This document shows, one piece after another, positions 44,241 to 54,128 of a stretch of 64,000 nt of DNA. A program made the translations under genes and the position numbers. The first letter of the stretch is position 1. Each line of letters begins with the position of its first letter. The stretch is from contig JAUJPC010000001.1 of NCBI GenBank assembly GCA_030447305.1, forward strand, positions 531,739 through 595,738. Reading direction: 5' to 3'. Origin of the DNA: Actinomycetota bacterium. GTDB taxonomy: Bacteria > Actinomycetota > CADDZG01 > JAHWKV01. The notes beneath the pieces are model-generated. The model was not told the DNA's origin, searched no databases, and saw only the letters and a list, made by a program, of their open reading frames with translations.

Positions 44241-45998
44241 GTGCGTTGCCGCCTGGTGCTTCTCCTAGGCCCGGCCACAGGTGTCGCGCTTGCCGCAGAT
44301 AAGCCGTTTGTTGCTCCCGTGCGAGGAGAGATCATCCGGGCCTTTGAGCCTCCCTCCCACCGGTTCGGTCCCGGCCATAGAGGTATTGACTACGGAGTTC
44401 CTTCCGGTACGCCTGTAAAAGCGTCAGGCGCCGGGACTGTGACGTTCGCAGGTCCAGTAGCGGCCGATGGACTCTTCATCACCATTGAGCATCTCGGAGG
44501 AATCTCCACCACCTACTCCTATTTGAGTCGCATCGATGTGTCGAAAGGAGATCGAGTAGCTCAGGGTCGAGTGATCGCTCTTAGCGGCAGCGGACACCCC
44601 GGAGGTCCGGTGGCTTTTCACTTCGGTGCCAAGCGGGACGGCGAGTACATAGACCCTCTGACCCTGCTGAACGACTTCGACGACATAACGGACCTGATCT
44701 CTTTGACGCCGGTACAACGTTCCGGCTCCTCCTCTGAACAAGCGAGCTTCGGCAATCTCCAGCCCCCGATGGCAACGGGCGGCGGTCCTGCGTCGGCACT
44801 TTCCGAGTCTCCGACGAAGGCCGGCGGTCCGGACTTCACAGTTCCGAACCGAGGGCCCACTGCAAGGCCGCGGACGGATATCCCTTCCGGCGGCACCGTT
44901 GCGCGCAATCCCGAGGAATCGACACCGACTTCAGGGAACGGATCACGAGGTGCGGCCCCCACAGACGCGAAATGGTGGCGCAGCCTTCCCGAAGAGTTCC
45001 GGCAAGACCTTCTGAGGAAGGAACCGGAATTCTGGAAGGACTTCAATGGCACATCGGCCCAGGAACGAGACCGCATCAATCGTCAACTGCTTGAATGGAA
45101 GATCAAGGAGTTGAAGGCGGAACGCGACTCAGTTGAGGGGCAAGAGGCCGCTCGGCGCCATAAGAGGTGGATCGTTGCCAAGGGCTTAATGAGTCCTATC
45201 ACCGTCGCATCGAAGCTAGACCGGGAATCCGCCATCGACCGAAAGATCCGAAGTGCCGAGGCATTAAGGGATCAACTCGAGGCGAGGACCGATGCTTACC
45301 TTCTCGAATTCGACGAGGACTTTGCGAACGGTGACGGCAAGGCTGCCGTCGCCTTGGGAGACCCCGGGACCGCGGAGCACATAGGCGTCCTGGTGCCGGG
45401 AATCAACAGCGCAATGGGAAACGTAGGTGGGACTCTGAGGGATGCCGGGAATCTAAGGGAAGAGGTACGGGAGAGTGTGAGTGCCGATGTGGCTGACCGC
45501 ACCTCCACGATCGTTTGGATGGGTTACGACAGTCCCAACGGCCTTCACGACGCACCGAATCGAGCGGAGGCCCACCAAGGAGCGCCGTCGTTAAAGAGCT
45601 TCGTAAACGACCTCAGATCTCGTCATGTCGAGTCGCCCGACAGTCCCCACATCACGGTGTTCAGCCACAGCTATGGGAGCACAGTAACCGGCATGGCAGC
45701 CCTTGATGGTATGAAGGCGGACGATGTGGTCTTCCTGGGAAGTCCAGGAGTGGGAGAGTTCTTCGTTGACGCTAAAGACTTTCCACAAGAGCGAATATGG
45801 GCGGCACGCCCACGGACGGACTTCATTAGCTGGGTAGCGGGCTCTCTCGGTTCAGATCCTTCCAGCAAATCGTTTGGTGCTCGTGAAATCCCGCTTGGAC
45901 CGGACCAAACCGGTCACTCGGAATACTATGCGCCTAGGTCTGATGGGCTTAGGAACCTCGCGAAGATTTTGACGAGACGAACTAAGGATTTGGAGTGA
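44241..45998 (+). CDS. secreted fusion protein: M23 (LytM) peptidase domain plus a C-terminal DUF1023-type alpha/beta hydrolase domain
   Basis: A likely GTG/TTG start at 44235-44241 gives the signal peptide 'MRCRLVLLLGPATGVALA'. The M23 motifs are 'GHRGIDYG...GTPVKASGAGTV' and 'ITIEHLGGISTTYSYLS'. The C-terminal part has 'IGVLVPGINS', 'IVWMGYDSP', 'VFSHSYGSTV' and 'GHSEYY' (DUF1023/Abhydrolase_8 pattern). Confidence 0.8.
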   Translation: MRCRLVLLLGPATGVALAADKPFVAPVRGEIIRAFEPPSHRFGPGHRGIDYGVPSGTPVKASGAGTVTFAGPVAADGLFITIEHLGGISTTYSYLSRIDVSKGDRVAQGRVIALSGSGHPGGPVAFHFGAKRDGEYIDPLTLLNDFDDITDLISLTPVQRSGSSSEQASFGNLQPPMATGGGPASALSESPTKAGGPDFTVPNRGPTARPRTDIPSGGTVARNPEESTPTSGNGSRGAAPTDAKWWRSLPEEFRQDLLRKEPEFWKDFNGTSAQERDRINRQLLEWKIKELKAERDSVEGQEAARRHKRWIVAKGLMSPITVASKLDRESAIDRKIRSAEALRDQLEARTDAYLLEFDEDFANGDGKAAVALGDPGTAEHIGVLVPGINSAMGNVGGTLRDAGNLREEVRESVSADVADRTSTIVWMGYDSPNGLHDAPNRAEAHQGAPSLKSFVNDLRSRHVESPDSPHITVFSHSYGSTVTGMAALDGMKADDVVFLGSPGVGEFFVDAKDFPQERIWAARPRTDFISWVAGSLGSDPSSKSFGAREIPLGPDQTGHSEYYAPRSDGLRNLAKILTRRTKDLE

Positions 45999-46471
45999 AG
46001 CTCGATCTGGGTCGAAATCTTTGGTCTTCTTTCGTAGCCATCGGATTGCTAATTGGACTTACCACCTCCTGCTCCGGGGAGCCATCGTTCGATGAGGCAA
46101 GCCAGGAACTTGCCGACCTTATTGATCCCGCTGTCAAAGCAGCCTTTTCGGAGTCTGATGTCCGGCCGCGTCGTGTTGAAGATTCCGGCGAATGTAGCGA
46201 TCCCTTTTTCGGGCCGAGTCAAGGACTGAGACCGGAACTGACCTATGAGCTTCCGCTTTCAACGCTCGGCGACCCTCAGGTCTTCATTTCGTCAGTAGAG
46301 AAGGCCTGGAAGGCGAAGGGTCTGGAGGTCAGGTCTGACGACGATGATGTGGTGCTTTCCCGCAGCGTCAGTAAGGGCGCGTACAGGGCGCGGGCTCTCA
46401 TCAACTTTACGAATCAACAAGCTGTGATTGGGGGGAGCGGCCCATGCGTCGATGACCCGAACGCCGACTAG
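45995..46471 (+). CDS. lipoprotein, unknown function (start overlaps the upstream stop, GTGA)
   Basis: 'MKLDLGRNLWSSFVAIGLLIGLTTSC' signal plus lipobox-like Cys; 158 aa. Confidence 0.6.
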   Translation: MKLDLGRNLWSSFVAIGLLIGLTTSCSGEPSFDEASQELADLIDPAVKAAFSESDVRPRRVEDSGECSDPFFGPSQGLRPELTYELPLSTLGDPQVFISSVEKAWKAKGLEVRSDDDDVVLSRSVSKGAYRARALINFTNQQAVIGGSGPCVDDPNAD

Positions 46472-46580
46472 CGGTCCCAAGTTTCCCAAGCTGACCCCTA
46501 AATCTGGGCCCCTGCAGGCCGTTGCCGGATCGCTGGAGCTCCAGTTGGGTTCGAGCGAGGCCTAACACTAGCCGTCAGGG

Positions 46581-47456
46581 CTACAACAGCCCTCCGAGGA
46601 GGCCCCCTAGCAGGTCGCCGACCGGGTCCTGCGATGGGGCCTGTTCCGGTGCCGGGGGGGCACTGAACGGCTCCGTGCCGTGCGCGAGTGTCACGTCCGG
46701 GAAGCCCGATGCTCTCATGTAGTCGAGAATTCGGCTAAGGTCGCCGGCGCCGTTGATGCCGCGGCGAGGCGAGAAGGTGCTGAGAACCCCGAACGCCCGG
46801 CCCTGGCCGTCGAGGGTCCCCGAGCCGGAGTCACCTGAGATGCCGGGCGGATCTAGGTCGAGAACGTGCGTCCAGCCCCCTGCCCCCTGCCGGAGGCTCA
46901 CACCACGCTTGGCGTGCGGGCTCACTGTGCCCCCCCTGATCGTGTTGCCGAACCCGAAGGCCTCAGATCCGTCGAACGTGGTGGGCACCAATCCGCTGGG
47001 GCCTCCCCAGAACCGCACCGTTGGGTTCACGCTGCCGTGGTCCTGAGGGTCCAGCTTCACCAACGCAAAATCATTGAACAAGCAGCTGTTGCGGTCGGTT
47101 TCACCGCGCTGCTGCATGGCGATCCAGGAGTTGTAGACCATCACGCCCGGCCGGCTGGCACCTGCGATGCGCACCGGTGTGCCCAGCGGGAGCGACCCGT
47201 TCTCGCACCCGTCCAGAGAGTAGGCGTCATTGGTGCCCGAGCAGTGGGCCGCCTGGCCGAGGTACACGCTGCCGGCCTGATCGTGGAACACAAAATTCGA
47301 GGTGCAGAGCGCATCGTCGGTCAGGGTGGCAGCGCCGGGGCGGATGGTTGCGGCGGAGGTGGGGGCCCAGGTGGGGACTGCAGCACCTGCGGTTGCCGGA
47401 GCCGCCACCACGAACAGGCTCATGACCATGGCAAGGATCAATAGACGATGCTTCAT
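46581..47456 (-). CDS. secreted trypsin-like (S1 family) serine protease
   Basis: Signal peptide 'MKHRLLILAMVMSLFVVAAPATA'. 'AAHC' context ('GQAAHCSG') and the catalytic-Ser motif 'GISGDSGSG'. Confidence 0.8.
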   Translation of the reverse strand: MKHRLLILAMVMSLFVVAAPATAGAAVPTWAPTSAATIRPGAATLTDDALCTSNFVFHDQAGSVYLGQAAHCSGTNDAYSLDGCENGSLPLGTPVRIAGASRPGVMVYNSWIAMQQRGETDRNSCLFNDFALVKLDPQDHGSVNPTVRFWGGPSGLVPTTFDGSEAFGFGNTIRGGTVSPHAKRGVSLRQGAGGWTHVLDLDPPGISGDSGSGTLDGQGRAFGVLSTFSPRRGINGAGDLSRILDYMRASGFPDVTLAHGTEPFSAPPAPEQAPSQDPVGDLLGGLLGGLL

Positions 47457-47526
47457 CGGTTAAGACATCCTTTCCGCCTCGAAGTTCTGGTTCTTCTATG
47501 TCACCACGCTTTCGAGACTTTTGTGG

Positions 47527-50500
47527 TCAGTTGGCCACACTAAGTTGAGCTTCGGCCAGTAATTCTCGAAGCCTGGGTATCGTCTGCATGCAACTTTGCG
47601 ATTCTGCCGAGGCGAGATATCCGGCTATCAAGTCGGCGGCTCGCTCGTCCATGTGCGCTACCAGCAGCTCGGCCTGAACCAGCTGGGCGCTGTACAAGGC
47701 GAAGGGGAAGCCGGCGTCGAGGGCGGTCTGAAGATGGGCTCCGGCAGCAGTCAGGTTGCCCCTCCAGACTTCGATTTGGGCCATACCACTGGAGGCGAAG
47801 CTCAAGAAGGCAGGTAGTCCGACAGCCTCCTTCGCACATTCCTCCAATACCGACATCGCCTCGTCCAGCTTTCCCTCCTGCTGCAGCGCGTAACCGAGGT
47901 TCAAAAGGGCCGCCGCCGTCAACTCCCGGTGGCCCAGGTCCCTGGCGAGAGCCAGCGACTCTTGGCCTCCTGCTTGGCTTCTGCGGTACGGCCAAGGTCG
48001 GAGAGAATCAGGCAGCGCACCGTCCGGCACCAGGACTGACCTTCCGGATTGCCCAGCTGCTGCTCCAGCTCGACCGCTTCGTTGAGCTCTGGCAGCGCTT
48101 CATCCAACCGCTGCATCGCTCGCAGGGCCAGGCCGCGCATGCCGACCGCCGGCCCGATGCGTAACAGCTTGCCGGCGTCCCTGAAGAGATTGACTACACG
48201 GCCGAGCAGGTCTACTCCCTCGATGAGCTTCCCGGCATAAATCTGGTTGAGCCCCTGCAACTCCAGGATGTCGGCGGCTCCGTGGGCGTCTTCCAGCCGC
48301 CGAAACAGGTCCAGTGCCTGGTCCGCCAGCAGGCTGGCGCGCTCCAGGTTGCCCAGGTTGCCCTCGACCATCGTTCCCACGGTTAGGGCTCGGGCCCTGG
48401 AAGGCAGGTCGGAACCTGCCTCGGTGAGGGCTACCTCCGCCAGCTCCCGCGCCTGCGAATAGTCCTCGGCTCCCGATATCAGCAAAGCCATGCGGGAAAG
48501 CACCAGCGACCTGTCCGGCCCACTTTGCTTGCCGGCCAGCGCGACACGCAGATCCTGCCGTGCCTGGAGTATCTGTCCTCTTCGGGCCCGGGCCTCGGCA
48601 CGAATCTGCAGGAGCTGGGCTGCCACGGGGGGATCTGGGCGAAGGCTCAGTCCGGAGTTGGCCAGATCCTCGGCCTCCTGGGATGCGTAGCGATCCAACG
48701 CGGCCCGTCCGGCGCCGGCAAACGCCTGTGCAGCGGCCGTCTTGTCGCCGGCGCCTCTGAGGTGTCGAGCAACCTCGGAACGGTCGGCCGGTTCGTCGCC
48801 CAACGCTCTGGCCAGATGTGCATGAAGCCGGCCACGATCCTCACGTCCCAGCCGCCCGGTAACCGATTCGCCGACAAGGTCGTGTGCCGGGATCCACCCT
48901 TCGCCGAGCCGCACAAGGCTTCGGCGCACCAACAGCTCGAGGTCGTCCAGCACCGCAGCTTCGTCAGACATCCTGGCCTTGGCCAGCAGGCGAGCCGTCG
49001 CGGGATGCCCCAACAGTGCCAGCAGCTCGAGCACCTCCTGCGCCGATGCCGGCAGGGACTGGACCCGGGACAGTATCGAGCGCACCCTTCCACCCCGGGC
49101 GGCATCCCGGATTCTGTCTATGGCCTCTGGGGTGCGCCCCGACCATCGGTTTCCCGCTTCGGGTTTCAGCGTGCCGTCCGCCACCCCAGACCGGATCAGC
49201 TCTGCCAGCGCCAGCGGAGTCCGGTCCGTCTCTTCCGACGCCGCCTGCGCTAATTCGGGTTCAACAAAGAGCTGAGCTACCACCTCAGGCTCGAGCGCTC
49301 CCAGCTCGATGCGGATCACGGCATCCCGGCGGGCATCTTCGACGAAGGAGGCAACCGGTTCCTCCAACTCATCCGAGCGGTGAGCAAGAACTAACGGTAT
49401 GGATCCGATACGAAGGCACGCCTTGCTGAGGACGGAGGCGCTGGTCGGATCGCACCATTGAAGGTCGTCCACGGCCAGAGCGGCTCCGCTGCGGACGGTG
49501 TCCTCCAGCAGGCGGACCGCTCCCTGAAGGGCCAGCGCCCGGACGCTCTGCGGGTCGATCCTGCCGGCTGCCTCCGGCAGCTCCGCTCCGATTTCGGGAA
49601 TCGCCTCGGCCAGAGCTTTCGAGATCCGACCCGGGAGCGACCCCACCGAATCGGGGAAGAGCGCTATGGCCTCCTGCAGGAGGGTCCGGGTAAGGGACCA
49701 CGGTTCATCCCGCTCCGCCGAGAAGGCCCGGCCGTAGAGGACCGGCCGGTTCAGAAGCCTGTCGGCCTCAAGAAGCAGACGGGTTTTGCCCGAACCCGGG
49801 GGGCCTGAGACAAGCACGGTCCCGTGGCCTGAGCCGCCGACTACGTCGACGATCGCCCGAAGCTCTTTGTTCCGGCCGGCGAAAGCCAGCTCGCCGGGCG
49901 TAGCCGGAGACATGGTCCTGCCGGCCGCTTTGATCGACACTATGTCACCGCGAAGAAGATCTCGCTCAAGGTCGCTAACTGCGTGTGGTGAATCCAGGCC
50001 GAGGTCCTCCGCCAATCGGAGCCGGAACTCGCGCAGGACTTCCAGCGCTCCGGCCGTGTCCCCGGCGGCGGCCAGCGAACGAGCGAGCAAAAGATGGGAA
50101 GCCTCCCTCATGGGCTCACGTGCCGCGGCCGTACGGGCCAGTGAAGCTGCATCGAGCGCCAGTCCGGCAGCCAGGGCCGCTTCCGCGGCTCCCTCTAGTG
50201 CCTCCAGGTGGAGGTTCGTAAGATGGCGGCGGTACTCCTGAGCCCACTCCTGGTAGGCGTCCTCCGTCACCGGTTCGCCGGCCCACAGATCCAGGGCGGC
50301 CCGGAAGTCCCTCAGCGCTGAGCCGTGCCGGCCGTCGTTCAAGTTTTGGCGGCCGGCGCGAACCTTCGACACGAAGACTTCCGCGTCCACCATGCAGCCG
50401 GACACCGGCTGAAAGGAATACCCCCCCGAGCCGGTAACGATCAGCGAAGGGTCGCCCAGCGCCCGACGGGCCCGGGCGACCATGACGTTTAGATTGCGCT

Positions 50501-50705
50501 CGGGGTCGGCAGGAGGCCGGCCGGGCCAAAGGGCCTCCGTCAGGTAATCCCGAGTCACCAGCTGCCCTTGCCGGGTGATCAACAGGCGTACGAGCGTGCG
50601 GACCAGACGTCCGCGGAACTCGGCGGGAGGAATCTCGCGGCCTGCACTCCGGACGGAGAAGCGGCCGAGCAGCCGGATGTCGAGCTGCACCCCTGCCACC
50701 GCCAC
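47527..50705 (-). CDS. SARP/AfsR-type regulator (winged-helix + BTAD + P-loop ATPase + TPR), one frameshift near 47960
   Basis: N-terminal 'LLGRFSVRSAGREIP...' OmpR-type wHTH and a BTAD ('AALDLWAGEPVTEDAYQEWAQEYRRHL'). Walker A 'VSGPPGSGKTRLL' and C-terminal TPR-like repeats. '...AKQEAK' continues as 'ESLALARDLGHRELTAAALLNLGY' in frame 47527..48030. Confidence 0.8.
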
Positions 50706-50870
50706 GTGCCTCCTTCGAACGGCAACAAAACTGCTACATGCCCTACCTAGTCTTTACCTCGCAAGGTGCTTCTACGAGTGAATGGCCTGCCGAGGCGTCT
50801 AGCGGCGGACGGTTACATCAGAAATTGACGGTCAGATCAATAGACGGTCGAGAAGAAAGGGAAAGTCGAC

Positions 50871-51458
50871 ATGAAGGTGAACGATCGACGGCGGGCCAAT
50901 TCAATCTCAATCGCAGCACGGAGCACGCGTCTCTGGCTACCCATTCCGGCGCTACTGCTGGCATTTGCCCTGGCTGCCTGCGGGATGTCTCAGGCGGAGT
51001 CCGGTTCCGACCACGGCACACCTCGAACCCATGGGGAGCGAGCCGAGGCGGAGCATTTCACCCTCTTGCCGCAGGACATCAAATGGCTCGATCCGCCTCC
51101 TCCCGCAGCCTTTCTTCCCGAGGGGATCAAGCTGGCATTCATTGAAGGCGGGCCTCCGAATCTTCCGGTGCCCTACACCTTCCGGCTTAAGTTCCCGCCC
51201 GGTTCCCGGCTGATGCCCCACACGCATCCCAGCATTGAGAAGCTGACGGTGATTTCCGGAACTCTCCACCAGGGAGTGGGAGAGGTCTTCGACCAGGCTG
51301 CCTCGGAGACGGTTCCGGCCGGAGGATTCTCCTACCGGGCCCCCGGTATTGCGCACTTCGTCTGGTTCGAAGAAGAGACGGTGCTGCAGTTCAGCGGTAA
51401 CGGACCGTTCGGTCTGAAGTATGTCAATCCCGCAGACGATCCCCGCAACCGGAGGTAG
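50871..51458 (+). CDS. cupin-domain lipoprotein
   Basis: Lipobox 'ALAAC'. 'GSRLMPHTHPSIEKLTVISGTL...APGIAHFVW' is a cupin two-His motif pattern. Confidence 0.7.
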   Translation: MKVNDRRRANSISIAARSTRLWLPIPALLLAFALAACGMSQAESGSDHGTPRTHGERAEAEHFTLLPQDIKWLDPPPPAAFLPEGIKLAFIEGGPPNLPVPYTFRLKFPPGSRLMPHTHPSIEKLTVISGTLHQGVGEVFDQAASETVPAGGFSYRAPGIAHFVWFEEETVLQFSGNGPFGLKYVNPADDPRNRR

Positions 51459-51579
51459 TGATGGTCTGCCGGGCTCGAGAGTGACGAGCCGCCTGAGCCG
51501 CTCGACGACTTCGGGGCACCACTGCATGGTCTTGACCGGCTTTAATTGGGGATTGTTCCGGGCCCGACCGGCCCGAACT

Positions 51580-52065
51580 TTACGGCCGGTCTGGCGGGCG
51601 CTGGTTCGGCTTTTGGGAAGACTGGCCGGCCAGTATGCTGCCTACGAAATTCGATACCGAGGCTCCGGCTCGTTTCGGCGGACCCGCGGCGCCGAGAACC
51701 TGGCCTGAGATCGAGTTGACGGCTTCAAGCACCGAGCGGCCGGCACTGGAGGCCGCCAGGCGCTCCGCCACCGGCTTTGCCATGGAAGCCAAGGAGCCAA
51801 TGATGGATTCCACGGCTGCCGACTCGGTAAGCGAGGCCGGCTTGGCGGCCGGTTTGGGCACCACGGTGGCTTGAGATTCCGGAGCCGCCGGCTGAGGGGT
51901 ACCGGCCGTCGATCCGGCCTTCGCACTCCGAGCGGCCAGGAACTTGGCAGTTGAGTTGGCTGCTCGAGTGGCGCCCGTGATCACAGCCCTTCGGACCACC
52001 GGGTTGCTGAGGAGAGTGATGATGGTCGCGCCCTTTCCGACGTTCTTCGCTTTTCCTCTGGCCAT
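51580..52065 (-). CDS. hypothetical Ala/Ser-rich protein
   Basis: 161-aa ORF with a clean ATG. No motif was recognised. Confidence 0.45.
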   Translation of the reverse strand: MARGKAKNVGKGATIITLLSNPVVRRAVITGATRAANSTAKFLAARSAKAGSTAGTPQPAAPESQATVVPKPAAKPASLTESAAVESIIGSLASMAKPVAERLAASSAGRSVLEAVNSISGQVLGAAGPPKRAGASVSNFVGSILAGQSSQKPNQRPPDRP

Positions 52066-52111
52066 GTCTCAAGTGTACCCGTGTGCAGTTTTGACTAATC
52101 GGCCGCCGGTT

Positions 52112-52540
52112 TCAGTCCTCAGGTGCGGTTCTTCTAAGCCGCTTGGTTTGGCCTCGTGCGTGCTTGGCCGCCAGCCGGCGTTCCTGCGCCGCCCTGGTCG
52201 GCTTCGTGGGCCGTCGCGGTGCCGGATCGGGGCGAAGTGCTTCAGCCAGGATCGACTGAAGGCGACCGATGGCCAGCTCCCGGTTCTGGGCCTGAGTGCG
52301 TGCATCCGAGGCGATCACATGCAGCCTGCCCTCGGCGTCCAGCCGGCCCCCGAGGTTGCGGATCGCTCGCTCCCGCTGCCGGGATCCCAAAAACGAGGAA
52401 CCCGCCACGTCGAAGATCACCTCCACCTTCGTGTCGCGGGTGTTGACGTTCTGTCCCCCCGGCCCTCCGCTGCGGGAGAACTTGAGGTCCAGCTCGTGCT
52501 CGGGGATGGCGACCGAGCGGGTAACCCTGATGCCGTTCAT
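52112..52540 (-). CDS. arfB: alternative ribosome-rescue factor ArfB (peptidyl-tRNA hydrolase, RF-1 domain)
   Basis: 'SRSGGPGGQNVNTRDTKVEV' GGQ motif and a basic C-terminal tail; 142 aa. Confidence 0.85.
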   Translation of the reverse strand: MNGIRVTRSVAIPEHELDLKFSRSGGPGGQNVNTRDTKVEVIFDVAGSSFLGSRQRERAIRNLGGRLDAEGRLHVIASDARTQAQNRELAIGRLQSILAEALRPDPAPRRPTKPTRAAQERRLAAKHARGQTKRLRRTAPED

Positions 52541-52557
52541 CCTTAAAGGGTACGCCC

Positions 52558-54120
52558 TTAGTCATAGGCGGCTTCTAGCCACCAGCGTCCCTTCTCGAAC
52601 GACACCAGGTAGGCGTTGTTGTTGGCGCAGACGATTTGCAATCTGACCAGCCGGCGGCTGGCCTTGGGGTCCCACCACCTTTCGTTGACCGGCCAGGGCC
52701 CCGCCCACCCGATGACGTCCAGCCGATGGCCGCCCCCCAGTGCGACACAGGCAGGCCTGGCGGTCAGGCGGTCGTCGTCCACTCCCAGGTTCTTGCCGTT
52801 GCCGTCCAGTACGCCGACCCCCACACGGTCGGAGAACACCAGTGCCGGCGAGGGGGTGGGGAGATGCCCCGGCCATGGTGCTGCTGCCATAAATTCCGGA
52901 GTGGCCGAGCGGTTCAGCAGGTCGACCGCATCGGCGGGGACCAGACGGAACCGGTCATTCGGCCCCCGGCCGCCCCTATACTCAGGGACCACCACCGCCT
53001 CCGGCCCTAGCAGGCCCTGCAGGCGGGCGATGCCCCGGGCGGCCCGGCGGCCGGGCTCGGTCTGGCCGCCCCAGAAGCTGAGCTGCACTCCTCCATGCGC
53101 GGTGACCTCCTCCGGGACGATGGCGATCTTCGCCAGGGCGCTGCCGGGAGGACGGTCCCCCGATCCCGACAGCCACCCGTCCAACTGCCAGCGCATCCGT
53201 TGGGCTATCGCCCCGGGGCTGAACCCGCCGTCCAGCCGCCAGGTCCTCGAAAAGGTCTGTCCGTCCTCGGTGGTCGCCTCGATGACCACCTTGTTGCACG
53301 CCAGTCCCTCCGCCTCCAGCTGTCCGGCCAGCCGGTCGGCCAGGCCCTTTCCGGCGAAGACGACGATGTCGGAGCGGACGGTCGGCGGGTCCAGCTCCTC
53401 GCTCAGCTCCGTAACCGGCCGGCTGGCCCGGGGAACGAAGCGGTGCTGGTCGACGCCCGCCGCCCGGCGGTGAGCCTCAATCCCGTCGTGCCCAAAGCGG
53501 GCCAGGACATCGGCGGTGGGCAGCCCCGCGAACGCCCCAAGGGTCTTCAGGCCCAGCCGGCGGAGCAGGTCGCTGAGGTCCGGCCGGCCCAGCAGCGACA
53601 CCGGCTGGGGAGCCAGGAACTCGGTCGACTCCCCGGCAGGCACGATTACCGGCTCCCCGGTGCGAAGGCTCTTGCGGGCGGCGATACCGGCGGCGAACAG
53701 CCCGTCGGCGATACCCAGGCCGAAGCATCCCTCCTGGCACACCGTCGCCGTAATGGCCGCCAGCACCTGAGCGGCCAGAGCCTCCTCGCCTCCGAAGTAA
53801 CGGGCGCACGCCTTGGTGGCGAACAGGCAGGTGCCGGGCCGCAGGATCTCGATAAACGGCGTGAACCCGTCCAGGGCCCCCAGGATCTTCTCGAACTCCC
53901 GGGCCTCCCGCGCCGGATCGGGCTTCAGGATGGCCAGGGTGGGGCAGCGGCCCTCGGCCTCCCGCCGGCGCAACCCAACGGTGATGCTGAGAGCCGCCGC
54001 CCCGGGGGTTCCCACCGTCACCCGGTTTGCCTCGATAACCACCGCCGGCGTGTCCCGTGCGACGCCGGCGGCCAGCAGTGGCCACCAGGGACACCCGAGG
54101 ACCAGCACTCTTTGGGACAT
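52558..54120 (-). CDS. imuB: ImuB, Y-family-polymerase-like mutasome subunit
   Basis: It starts 'MSQRVLVLGCPWWPLLAAG' at ATG 54120, just after the imuA' stop. It has the Y-family fold pattern without catalytic acidic residues being obvious. It sits in the position typical of the imuA'-imuB operon. Confidence 0.8.
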   Translation of the reverse strand: MSQRVLVLGCPWWPLLAAGVARDTPAVVIEANRVTVGTPGAAALSITVGLRRREAEGRCPTLAILKPDPAREAREFEKILGALDGFTPFIEILRPGTCLFATKACARYFGGEEALAAQVLAAITATVCQEGCFGLGIADGLFAAGIAARKSLRTGEPVIVPAGESTEFLAPQPVSLLGRPDLSDLLRRLGLKTLGAFAGLPTADVLARFGHDGIEAHRRAAGVDQHRFVPRASRPVTELSEELDPPTVRSDIVVFAGKGLADRLAGQLEAEGLACNKVVIEATTEDGQTFSRTWRLDGGFSPGAIAQRMRWQLDGWLSGSGDRPPGSALAKIAIVPEEVTAHGGVQLSFWGGQTEPGRRAARGIARLQGLLGPEAVVVPEYRGGRGPNDRFRLVPADAVDLLNRSATPEFMAAAPWPGHLPTPSPALVFSDRVGVGVLDGNGKNLGVDDDRLTARPACVALGGGHRLDVIGWAGPWPVNERWWDPKASRRLVRLQIVCANNNAYLVSFEKGRWWLEAAYD

Positions 54121-54128
54121 GAGCGTTG

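Noticed and set aside
47527-50705. Large P-loop/TPR protein next to a serine protease as an Avs/STAND-type antiphage system.
   Set aside because: The N-terminus is a clear OmpR-type winged helix plus BTAD (SARP/AfsR architecture), which indicates a transcriptional regulator. The protease has a Sec signal and is convergent or separate, not a fused effector.
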